The notes beneath the pieces are model-generated. The model ran no database searches, was not told the origin of the DNA, and saw nothing but the letters and a program-made list of their open reading frames with translations. The position numbers were made by a program, and so were the translations under genes. DNA of 54,065 bases from Candidatus Woesearchaeota archaeon (GTDB lineage Archaea; Nanobdellota; Nanobdellia; Woesearchaeales; JAIPIC01), in contig JAIPIC010000003.1 of NCBI GenBank assembly GCA_021734865.1, positions 1 to 54,065 of the forward strand, written 5' to 3'. This document shows, piece by piece, positions 37,543 through 46,417 of this stretch (position 1 is the stretch's first letter; each line of letters opens with the position of its first letter).

Positions 37543-39783
37543 TTACTTTTTTGAATCCTTATCTTCAGAATCGCTCTTAGAATCATCCTTTTTGTCTTTG
37601 CCATTTAGAGACTGGATAAATTTGCACTTTGGATAGTCACTGCATCCCATGAATTTGCCATAGATGCTTTTTCTGAGTATAAGATGGCCCTTACCACATT
37701 TTGGACATTTTTGCTTCTCCATCTTTTCAACTTCCTCAATAGGCTCATCTTTCTTTGCGGGACAGTCAGGGTTAATACAAACATCCTGGGGACGCCTGCC
37801 GCGTGAGATTGAGATCATCGGGACCTTACAAGCCTCACACAGTCTGTCTAAGGATTTTATCGTTCCAGTATTTGGTATATTAAAAGTGGTCTTACATTCA
37901 GGATACTGGTTGCATGCTATGAATCTACCAAATTTGCCTCTTTTTATCATAAGAGTGCCATCACAATTTGGACATGGACCAATAGTATTCTTCTCATCAT
38001 CTGCATTTTTCTTAGCATCAAGAAGCTCTTTACCGATCTCTGATTCATTCTTCTTGAAATCAGAGAGTATATGGTTAAGGACTTCCTTTGAATGTTCAAT
38101 AACTTCTCCTTCCTTTTCCTTACCATCTTGGATCCCTTGCATACGATCTTCAATTGTTCTAGTCATTTCTTCATCCAAAATCTTAGGGGAGTATTGGTTT
38201 AAAGTCTGAACTGTCTTAATGCCTAGTGAAGTAGCTTCAATTGGCTTACCGATAACATAACCTCTCTGAAAGAGAGTATCTACAATCTCACTTCTTGTAG
38301 CTTTAGTACCTAAAGATTGCTTTTCAAGAGCACGTACGAGAGAAGCTTCAGTAAATCTCTTTGGAGGAGTAGTCTCTTTGTCCAACTTTTCAATCTTTTT
38401 AACATCAACAACATCGTTCTTTTCTAAACTTGGAAGTTCTTCTTCTTTGAAAACAGCATATTTACCATATAACTCATGCCAACCAGGGAATGTAGTAGTA
38501 ATACCTTTTGCATGAAAAATCTCCTTTTTTATATCAACACTTACCTCGACTGATAATCTCTTAGCTGGTTCACCAAAAACAGCCAAAAACCGTCTGACAA
38601 TAAGATCATAGAGTTTTGTTTCTCTGTCAGCAATCTCTTTTGGAACAGTACCTGTCGGATATATCGCAGGATGTGCAGGATCATCTTTTTTTCCCTCTGT
38701 GGGTTTAAGAACTTTCTTTCCTAACAAAACAGTTGCGCTTTCCTTATACTCTCTTTGCTTGGACAAATCTGCCAAAATTTTCTTGAAGCCTATTGCAGGT
38801 GGAAGTTTTTGCGAAGAAGTCCTTGGATAGGAAATAAAACCACCAAGATACAGTGTTTGCGCAAGTTGTAGAGTTACTTTTGGAGAAAACTTTAGATGTC
38901 TAAATGCTTCAGTCTGTAGGGTCGTGAGATCGAAAGGGATGGGTGGTAACTGCTTCATCTCTTTCTTTTTAATATCAGAAATGATACCTTTCTTCTCATC
39001 CTTAACCTTGTCATATATCTCCGTGGATTTTTTTTGGTCAAAAATCTTGCCTTTACTGTGCTGTGCAACGATTTTTGACTTCTTGACTTTTCCATCAAGC
39101 ATAATCTCCCAATATTTATCAGGTTTGAAATTAGTAATTTCAAGTTCTCTGTCAACAATAATTTTTAATGCAGGCCCCTGGACACGACCAATACTCATTA
39201 CCTGGAACCTTCCAGCTTTCTTAATGGAACCCATCAAAGCACGGCTTAAATTGATTCCATATAGCCAATCCAATATATGTCTTGTCTCACCAGCCTTGGC
39301 AAGACCCCAGTTGATGGTTTTTGCTTTCTCTTCATAAGATTTGATAAGATCTGGTTTTGTCAGAGTAGAATACTTCATCCTACTTGCATCCTTCTGATTA
39401 CATATGAATCTAATAACATTCCAGCCTATGACCTCTCCCTCGATGTCATAATCTGTAGCAACAGTAAATTTGTCGGCTTTTTTAGTCAAAGCCTTGATTG
39501 CATTAAGATATTGTTTAGTAAAGGCAGAACTTTTATGAACATCTGCAGCAGGTACCCATTCAATATCATACACAGGATACACATAAGTGGAACCTTTTTT
39601 CTTTTCTTTAAGAGTAAACAAATGACCTACAGCACAGGCTACAATAATGTCTTTTCCACCGTGCTTGATCTGATAGAATGGAACTTTCTTATTATATGAC
39701 TCCTTCTTGACCTCTCCCTCTGCAAGTGCAAAGGCAATTTTGTTAGCTGCGGAAGGTTTTTCAGTTATGATTAACTCAGTCAT
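37543..39783 (-). CDS. topA: DNA topoisomerase IA
   Basis: ITEKPS, ATDYD.EGE, S.GRVQ, ISYPRT (catalytic Tyr), GTKATR, C-terminal Zn ribbons. Confidence 0.97.
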   Translation of the reverse strand: MTELIITEKPSAANKIAFALAEGEVKKESYNKKVPFYQIKHGGKDIIVACAVGHLFTLKEKKKGSTYVYPVYDIEWVPAADVHKSSAFTKQYLNAIKALTKKADKFTVATDYDIEGEVIGWNVIRFICNQKDASRMKYSTLTKPDLIKSYEEKAKTINWGLAKAGETRHILDWLYGINLSRALMGSIKKAGRFQVMSIGRVQGPALKIIVDRELEITNFKPDKYWEIMLDGKVKKSKIVAQHSKGKIFDQKKSTEIYDKVKDEKKGIISDIKKKEMKQLPPIPFDLTTLQTEAFRHLKFSPKVTLQLAQTLYLGGFISYPRTSSQKLPPAIGFKKILADLSKQREYKESATVLLGKKVLKPTEGKKDDPAHPAIYPTGTVPKEIADRETKLYDLIVRRFLAVFGEPAKRLSVEVSVDIKKEIFHAKGITTTFPGWHELYGKYAVFKEEELPSLEKNDVVDVKKIEKLDKETTPPKRFTEASLVRALEKQSLGTKATRSEIVDTLFQRGYVIGKPIEATSLGIKTVQTLNQYSPKILDEEMTRTIEDRMQGIQDGKEKEGEVIEHSKEVLNHILSDFKKNESEIGKELLDAKKNADDEKNTIGPCPNCDGTLMIKRGKFGRFIACNQYPECKTTFNIPNTGTIKSLDRLCEACKVPMISISRGRRPQDVCINPDCPAKKDEPIEEVEKMEKQKCPKCGKGHLILRKSIYGKFMGCSDYPKCKFIQSLNGKDKKDDSKSDSEDKDSKK

Positions 39784-39829
39784 CTCAAAACCTGAGTTAG
39801 AATATTATATTTAAGGTTTTGGTTGGAAA

Positions 39830-39970
39830 GGTAAAGTCAACTAACGTGGGTTTGTGTAAATTCTTCTTTGCAAAAAGGATTCATCGTTGGGTTTCTCCGT
39901 CGATGAATTTTGACATAAATCTTGCTTTTTACAAAGAAGAACCATTTAACCCACTTAAGTTGACTTTACC
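39830..39970. mobile_element. 141-bp MITE, IS1-like ends
   Basis: TIRs GGTAAAGTCAACT(AAC/TAA)GTGGGTT match at 21/23; flanked by the 9-bp direct repeat GGTTGGAAA (39821-39829 and 39971-39979); no transposase. Confidence 0.88.
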
Positions 39971-40022
39971 GGTTGGAAAAGATGGAAAAAAAGGAATAAA
40001 GAATAAATAATTGGTTTTTTTA

Positions 40023-41066
40023 CTAAAATACCTTTATCGGATCCTTATGATAGGCATCCATAGCTTTATCCTGTCTTGATTTTCCGACATAAGACATGAT
40101 CCTTTTGTGGAAACAGTCTACTGGATTGATACCTGCTTGGGCAAATAATTCTGGATAAAAACCAGGAAATGTGTTCTCATCAACCACAATATATCTGCCA
40201 TCATGTTTGGATTTTATCATATCAAACCCAACGACATCCAGAGCTAAAGCTCTTTGGGCTGCAAACGCGATATTTCTTTGCTCATTTGTTGGTACAACAA
40301 AGTCAACACATCCACCTATGCCACCTTCATCAAAAACCTTCCAGCCATCAACAAATTTCTCAAGTTGTTTTCTGTAACCGTAAGTCAAAGTATCTCCGAT
40401 TATTGTAGTGCTTGTCCAATTTGCGGGATCATTTTCATAAAATCTCTCTACAAAAATTGAGTCTCCTCCACCAGAAGCATTTAGCATACCATTACCAATG
40501 GTTCTTGTGTAGCCAACAACATCCCTTAGGGTTCCATGATCATCGACTTTTATTATTCCATGTCCAAAAGCACCAAGCCTTGGTTTTATCAGTACAGGAC
40601 CCCATTCATCCATTAGCTTTGCTATGTGCTCATATGATGATCTATCATTCTTGAAAACTGCATAATCAGCGACTGGTACGCCAGCTCTGTGAAGCGCATG
40701 GTGAGCCAGAGCTTTATCTAGACCTGCTCTCATCGCATTTGGATTGCTGATGACATATGTATCATCAACCATAGCATCAAGAACCTCAAGACAGTGTCCT
40801 GTTGTTCTTCGATCGATCTCACCATACCAAAAGAAAACATCATAATCATTTAGGCAATTATCACCAAGATATGCCTTGCCACTGACAATAACTGCCTGTC
40901 TGAAATCGACACAGTCATCAACTGTGACTCCTGGTTCGTTCCTCACTTTTTCAACTAATTCGTCTCTCACATCGCTTGGAATGGTTCCAGGATTGTCTAT
41001 CATTGATTTTGGCTTGGAATAATCTCTGCCAGGTACAAACATGCCTACTTTTGTTTTTAACATCAT
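40023..41066 (-). CDS. RimK/GshB-like ATP-grasp ligase
   Basis: DKALAH..L..AGVP, PVLIKP..G.FG.GI, VERF, GFDMI, DEN.FPG. Confidence 0.85.
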   Translation of the reverse strand: MMLKTKVGMFVPGRDYSKPKSMIDNPGTIPSDVRDELVEKVRNEPGVTVDDCVDFRQAVIVSGKAYLGDNCLNDYDVFFWYGEIDRRTTGHCLEVLDAMVDDTYVISNPNAMRAGLDKALAHHALHRAGVPVADYAVFKNDRSSYEHIAKLMDEWGPVLIKPRLGAFGHGIIKVDDHGTLRDVVGYTRTIGNGMLNASGGGDSIFVERFYENDPANWTSTTIIGDTLTYGYRKQLEKFVDGWKVFDEGGIGGCVDFVVPTNEQRNIAFAAQRALALDVVGFDMIKSKHDGRYIVVDENTFPGFYPELFAQAGINPVDCFHKRIMSYVGKSRQDKAMDAYHKDPIKVF

Positions 41067-42469
41067 AATCCCTCATATCTTTGATGACCTTTATGATCAT
41101 CTCTTGTAGTTTCCATATAATGATTCAGTGCATTGTAGACACCTGCTTTTGTAATACTATTTTTCATTACTCTTGATGGATTCATATTTCCTTCATAGCG
41201 ATCTCTAAGGATATGCAAGAAATCCAGACCAGAACCATCAATTGAACGTTTCGTAATATAAGCAATAGCTTTATCTGTCAAAAAATCAACCAGATCAGAC
41301 ATCTTGATTGTCTTATTATTAAATTTATAATGCCAGGTTACTTCTGCATCCATGCCGTGCTTTATAGCTTCTGAATAATTTTCCTGCAATGCATTTTCAG
41401 GAACCAGTTTTTGATTGAAATAATCTCTGGCCGACCCTTTTCCTAGCTCTTCATTTATCTCTTCTTGAAGCTGAAGGAGCGAAAAAACGTAAAAATTGCT
41501 AATCAAAGAATCCTCAAAAGCGGTCGGTTGTTTTGAAGCTGCTCTCATTTCGACTCGCCCAAAACCATCAGCACTTAACCTTACAGCTGGCCAATAGGTT
41601 GATAAATGGTTATGAAATGATGTAATTGGGTCATTTGGGTCATAACAAAATATTGGTTGGAAGCTTGCAACATCTGATACATAGTCAGATATGTCATTTA
41701 TGTAAGTACTCCTGAGTCCAATACGGGGTGTGTTACCTACACGTTCAGGATGTTGCAAATAGATTGCAGTTCGTTCATCTGAATTACCTGTCATCTGATT
41801 TGAATATATGGCTGAATTTCCAGATAATGCAGAAATGGGTGCTACCAACGCTAAACTGATATTGTATAGAGTTGTCATGTCATGTTCAGACATTGCTGTA
41901 ATGCTTGTATGTAAACCATTTAGCAGACCAGATGTGTGAATCTTTCCAGCAGATAGAGCATGACCATTCCATAATGTGGCTTGAACTGGTTTTTCCTTGC
42001 CTGATGCCATGTATGCAAAAATGAGGTCGCTTCTATGCCTACCAGACAAATATTCTTCGAGTTTTTGACTTGAACCAAATGTTGGAAAAAGACCAAGGGT
42101 CGATACTTTTAAACCTTCCTTGTCAGCTTCACCAAATAGTTTTTCTTCTCTTCTGACTACATCTGCCAGACAAACCGACGGTCCGTCAGCTACAGGAAAA
42201 GGGTCTGATACAACTTCAACCTGAAAATTCACTGCTTCTGGTACAAGATTTGCCTGTTTGATAACTCTGGATGCATCTGCTGGTTTTAGATTTTTATCCA
42301 TTAGATGATACTCAGATTCTACTCCGAATCTTTGAATATCAGGTGTGACACTCAAAGTATCTCTCATGTGATCCAGGACATTATTCATGGAACTAGTAAA
42401 CATCTCATGAGCATATGTTCTTTCTTCTGGACTCAAGGATTGAGTTTGATTTGTGATGTTCTTACCCAT
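41063..42469 (-). CDS. Glutamate-cysteine ligase family 2 (GCS2)-like protein
   Basis: FGVESEYHL.D, E....QVEV.S.P, GLH, ALS.NS, WPAVR, RVEMR....QPT. Confidence 0.8.
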   Translation of the reverse strand: MGKNITNQTQSLSPEERTYAHEMFTSSMNNVLDHMRDTLSVTPDIQRFGVESEYHLMDKNLKPADASRVIKQANLVPEAVNFQVEVVSDPFPVADGPSVCLADVVRREEKLFGEADKEGLKVSTLGLFPTFGSSQKLEEYLSGRHRSDLIFAYMASGKEKPVQATLWNGHALSAGKIHTSGLLNGLHTSITAMSEHDMTTLYNISLALVAPISALSGNSAIYSNQMTGNSDERTAIYLQHPERVGNTPRIGLRSTYINDISDYVSDVASFQPIFCYDPNDPITSFHNHLSTYWPAVRLSADGFGRVEMRAASKQPTAFEDSLISNFYVFSLLQLQEEINEELGKGSARDYFNQKLVPENALQENYSEAIKHGMDAEVTWHYKFNNKTIKMSDLVDFLTDKAIAYITKRSIDGSGLDFLHILRDRYEGNMNPSRVMKNSITKAGVYNALNHYMETTRDDHKGHQRYEGL

Positions 42470-42565
42470 ACTTAAAGGATATATTCCCTATAATATCAAT
42501 CCAAACACTTTTTTTAGTTGTAAATTTAGAAAATATTATATATTAAATGTAAATTTTACACCTTT

Positions 42566-43528
42566 ATGGGTAAGTTAACACTTTTTCAAGAGCAGATTGT
42601 TGGTTTTTTGTCGATTAATTCTAGAAAGAATCTATCTTCCATAAGAAAGAAATATAATCAAAGCCAGCAATATATCAACCGCACTGCGAACAAATTGATA
42701 ACAGATGGAGTCATCAAGGATTTCTATACTTTAGTGGATTATTCAAGATTTGATCTTTTGAATTTCAGATTATATATTCGGTTGAATTATCAAGATGAGC
42801 AGACATATCTGGAATTTGTGGAATACCTTAAACAGATGCCAGAATCAAGTTACATAGCCAGTATTGGAGGAACATTTGATATTATCTGTACTTTTTTGTG
42901 TCCCAATGCATCATATTTTAATAAAACCTTGCTGGGGCTCCTTTCAAATTTTTCTAGACTAATTATGGATTATACAGTACTGACAACAATTGTATTGAGG
43001 AGTTTTGCATGGAAAAAGATCACTAAAGATCCTCATGAGATAATTCTTGGTGGTGACAGAGAACCAATTGTATTAAGCGAGATGGACAAAAGAATCGTAT
43101 CAATATTCTCAAAACATCCTAGGAAAAGTTGTCTTGAAATCTCTAGAGAGATTGGTGTATCTGCGAAAACAGTGATATTAAGGCTAAAAAATTTGCATAG
43201 GCAAGAAATAATTCTTGGTTTTCGTCCAGTATTAAATATTCCAAATACTAGAATGAATCTGATGATGGTAAAATATCATAATGCAACAGCTGGTAAACTT
43301 AATAATTTTACAAAATACCTAGTATCTCATCCAAATGTACAGTATATAGTGAAGACTATCGGTGAATGGAACATAGAAATCCAATTCTTGACAGATACTG
43401 GACAAGAATATAAAACCCTTGAACGAGAGATTAGAATGAAATTCATAGAAATAATACAGGAAGTTAATTCAATTCCAGTATATGAAACTTACAAGATGTC
43501 ATATTACCCTGGTAACGAGGTAAATTGA
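42566..43528 (+). CDS. Tandem Lrp/AsnC-type transcriptional regulator
   Basis: Two wHTH + RAM-like repeats (NSR..LS.I..K; PR.S..EISREIGVS.KTV..RLK.L; G.FD / GEWN). Confidence 0.85.
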   Translation: MGKLTLFQEQIVGFLSINSRKNLSSIRKKYNQSQQYINRTANKLITDGVIKDFYTLVDYSRFDLLNFRLYIRLNYQDEQTYLEFVEYLKQMPESSYIASIGGTFDIICTFLCPNASYFNKTLLGLLSNFSRLIMDYTVLTTIVLRSFAWKKITKDPHEIILGGDREPIVLSEMDKRIVSIFSKHPRKSCLEISREIGVSAKTVILRLKNLHRQEIILGFRPVLNIPNTRMNLMMVKYHNATAGKLNNFTKYLVSHPNVQYIVKTIGEWNIEIQFLTDTGQEYKTLEREIRMKFIEIIQEVNSIPVYETYKMSYYPGNEVN

Positions 43529-44433
43529 CTAAACTGTTAAACATGAAAAAACCAATTAATCTTAAAAGACTAAGAACACTTCCAGATAGTTTTATCTATG
43601 AGAAAAAACAGCAAAAGTTGATTCATAGGATATATGATCGTTTCAGCATTCGAAATATATTCTTGGTATGGGTATTCACGCTGATAGGATTTGGTCTAGT
43701 ATATTTCTTTCTTCAGTCAGATACAGCATACCTTAAAATGACTCAAGTAAATACAACACCAACATTCATGGATCATATATATTTCTCATTTATCACAGCT
43801 ACATCGACTGGGTTTGGTGACGTAATACCAAAAGGATTCTTTAAAACAATAGCAATATTTGAAGTAATAATTGGATTATCCCTTTTTGCGATGGTTACAT
43901 CTAAACTAGTATCAATTAAACAAGATGCAATATTAGGTGAAATATATGAAATTGCATATTATGAAAAAATCAGCCGACTTAGAAATGCCCTATATCTTTC
44001 AAGAGTTGACATCCAAAAAATAAGGAAACAGATAAAAGATGAAGAAATAACAGAAAAAGATCTGACTGAAATATGGATGCCATTAAGCCAGTTGCGAAAT
44101 ACAATAGAAGAAGTGAAAACAACAGTCGCGGCGGATAAATCCTCAGATATTCTAAAAAAAGTGGACGAACTAGATATTGAACTAATTCTCTATAGCGTTA
44201 GCTTATCTCTAAAAAGGGTCCTTGGTTTGTTAAATACAATGGGAAACAGAGGAATTGACTGGAAATCGGATTATATAGTTAGAATACTTCAAAACATGCT
44301 TTCTGAGTCTAGAGAGATATGCCAATATTATAAAAAAGTGGGATCAACAGAAAAAATACTAAATAATGTTAAAGATATCGAAATAATGGTAAATGATATA
44401 ACTACCAAGTTTTTCTATGAAATCCTCAAATGA
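43525..44433 (+). CDS. Two-TM potassium channel family protein with helical cytoplasmic tail
   Basis: YFSFITATSTGFGD..P pore motif between two TM helices. Confidence 0.85.
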   Translation: MTKLLNMKKPINLKRLRTLPDSFIYEKKQQKLIHRIYDRFSIRNIFLVWVFTLIGFGLVYFFLQSDTAYLKMTQVNTTPTFMDHIYFSFITATSTGFGDVIPKGFFKTIAIFEVIIGLSLFAMVTSKLVSIKQDAILGEIYEIAYYEKISRLRNALYLSRVDIQKIRKQIKDEEITEKDLTEIWMPLSQLRNTIEEVKTTVAADKSSDILKKVDELDIELILYSVSLSLKRVLGLLNTMGNRGIDWKSDYIVRILQNMLSESREICQYYKKVGSTEKILNNVKDIEIMVNDITTKFFYEILK

Positions 44434-45458
44434 CAAAACAAGAATTTCCAATCAAAATTGAACCCGCAGATGCACTCTTGATGCCAAAAGCATTATTTAT
44501 TGATATGCGTAGCCCTATGGAATTTGGACATTCTACAATACCAGGAGCAATAAACATGCCTATGTTTACAGACGAAGAGAGGGCCACTGTTGGATTGACA
44601 TACAAACAAAAAGGACAGAAAGAAGCAGTTCTCATTGGTATGGATTATTTTGCACCTAAATTACCTGATTATTTTCGACAAATTCACGAATTAAATAAAA
44701 AAAACCGGTTAATTATATTCTGCGCTCGAGGAGGTATGAGATCTGGTTCAATGGCAGAATTATGTAACAGTACAGGCTTTAGAGTACACCAGTTGTCTGG
44801 AGGGTATAAAGCGTATCGTAAACACATCAATAGATATTTACATGATTGGAGCACAAAAAAACCTATATTTGTGCTCGATGGTCTGACAGGTACAGGTAAA
44901 ACTCGTATTTTACAGGACCTAAAAAACAGCCTAGATTTGGAAGGTCTGGCACAGCACAGAAGCTCACTTCTTGGAGCAATAGGGCTAAAACCAGTCACAC
45001 AGAAAATGTTTGATTCTAGATTATATGATAGGCTTATTGAACTTGAAGATGCAGATTACATAATTATAGAGGGAGAAAGCAGAAAGGTAGGGTTTGTCCA
45101 GATGCCAGACTCCCTATATAAGACAATACTGAAAGGTATCCATATTAATGTTACAGCATCTATGGATACTAGGATCAAATTTCTTGTAGAAGACTATACA
45201 CAAGTCAAGCCTAAAGAAATTGCTGACAGGGTTGCATTGCTGACAAAAAAGCTCTCAAAGCAAGATATAAAAGAAATAAATGCACACATCATGAAGAAAG
45301 ACTACAAAACTGCATTTCCGATGATCCTTGAAAAATATTACGATCCACTGTACAAGCATACTGTTGATAGAAAAGAATATTCATTTTCAGTTGAACATGA
45401 GAATACAGATAAAGCTATTAAGAGTATTGTTTCTTTTATTCGAAAACACATGAAATAG
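44430..45458 (+). CDS. selU: tRNA 2-selenouridine synthase (rhodanese + P-loop)
   Basis: IDMRSP.EF, CARGGMRS, GGYKAYR, GLTGTGKT, DLEGLA.HR.S, EGESR.VG, YYDP.Y. Confidence 0.92.
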   Translation: MTKQEFPIKIEPADALLMPKALFIDMRSPMEFGHSTIPGAINMPMFTDEERATVGLTYKQKGQKEAVLIGMDYFAPKLPDYFRQIHELNKKNRLIIFCARGGMRSGSMAELCNSTGFRVHQLSGGYKAYRKHINRYLHDWSTKKPIFVLDGLTGTGKTRILQDLKNSLDLEGLAQHRSSLLGAIGLKPVTQKMFDSRLYDRLIELEDADYIIIEGESRKVGFVQMPDSLYKTILKGIHINVTASMDTRIKFLVEDYTQVKPKEIADRVALLTKKLSKQDIKEINAHIMKKDYKTAFPMILEKYYDPLYKHTVDRKEYSFSVEHENTDKAIKSIVSFIRKHMK

Positions 45459-45486
45459 TACAACAGTGAATGGATATCTTCAGATG

Positions 45487-45545
45487 CAATGCTATAATAA
45501 CCAATGTTATAATAACCAATGTTAAAATAACCAATGTTAAAAATT
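45487..45545 (+). repeat. 15-bp tandem repeat x4 overlapping the endonuclease IV start codon
   Basis: CAATG(C/T)TA(T/A)AATAAC units with ATGs at 45489, 45504, 45519 and 45534. Confidence 0.85.
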
Positions 45546-46364
45546 AAAATTGGCCCATCTGGCACAACAGGATTGAGCTATGAAGAAGCATTTTCATATC
45601 TAAAAGCAAATGGGCTTACTGCCCTGGAAGTGCCTTTTACATATGGCGTACGTATGAAATCTGATCAAGCCAAGGATATTGGGTACCTTGCAAATAAATA
45701 TGGTATAGGACTTTCAGTTCATGGCCCTTATTATATTAATCTTGCATCACTTGAGTCAGATAAAGTCGAAGCATCGAAGCAAAGAATATTGCATTCATGT
45801 GAGATAGCAAATGAATTTTCGACCGTGAACTCTGACCAGGCAGACATCCAACCAGATAAAATTAACATAATATTTCACCCCGGATTTTATATGGGTAGAG
45901 ATCCAAAAATTGTATATGATTTAATAAGGAAAGAAATTAGTGAACTGATTCAGATAATTGATGAAAAACAATATAACGTAAGGCTCTGCCCTGAAACGAC
46001 CGGCAAACCTTCTCAATTTGGCTCGCTTGAAGAACTGTCCAGGCTCATCAAGGACACCGACTGTGGAATATGCATAGATTTTGCACATTTATGGGCTAGA
46101 AATCAAGGGCAGAAAAATTTTGATACGATCATGCAAAATGTTGCAAATCTGAAACTAGAAAAAATCCATTCTCATTTCTCCGGTATTGAATACGGACCAA
46201 AAGGTGAGAAAAAACATATTCCGTTTTCTCCAGACTATCTTAATGAATTTGTTAATTCAATATCCCTATTGTCAGAGAAAACAAAACAAATTACTATTAT
46301 TTGTGAATCTCCAGAGCCACTGGAAGATGCGATGTTCTTAAAAAACACAATTGTATCCACATAA
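45534..46364 (+). CDS. Endonuclease IV-like AP endonuclease (TIM barrel)
   Basis: SVH.PYYINL.S, FHPGFY, ETTGK.SQFG, CIDFAH, H.HFSGI.Y...GEK.H, ICESP. Confidence 0.9.
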   Translation: MLKIKIGPSGTTGLSYEEAFSYLKANGLTALEVPFTYGVRMKSDQAKDIGYLANKYGIGLSVHGPYYINLASLESDKVEASKQRILHSCEIANEFSTVNSDQADIQPDKINIIFHPGFYMGRDPKIVYDLIRKEISELIQIIDEKQYNVRLCPETTGKPSQFGSLEELSRLIKDTDCGICIDFAHLWARNQGQKNFDTIMQNVANLKLEKIHSHFSGIEYGPKGEKKHIPFSPDYLNEFVNSISLLSEKTKQITIICESPEPLEDAMFLKNTIVST

Positions 46365-46417
46365 TAATTACTCTAAAATAGCAAAAAATTAAAAGCAATT
46401 ATCATTCTCAGGGTCTA

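Noticed and set aside
37664-38209. Long antisense ORFs (e.g. 37664-38209, 32235-32666, 51253-51684, 23026-23430) and the alternative-frame ORF 48898-49374
   Set aside because: Shadows of well-supported genes, with no motifs of their own.
39819-40010. 63-aa plus-strand ORF
   Set aside because: Lies across the MITE and has no recognisable motif; treated as spurious.
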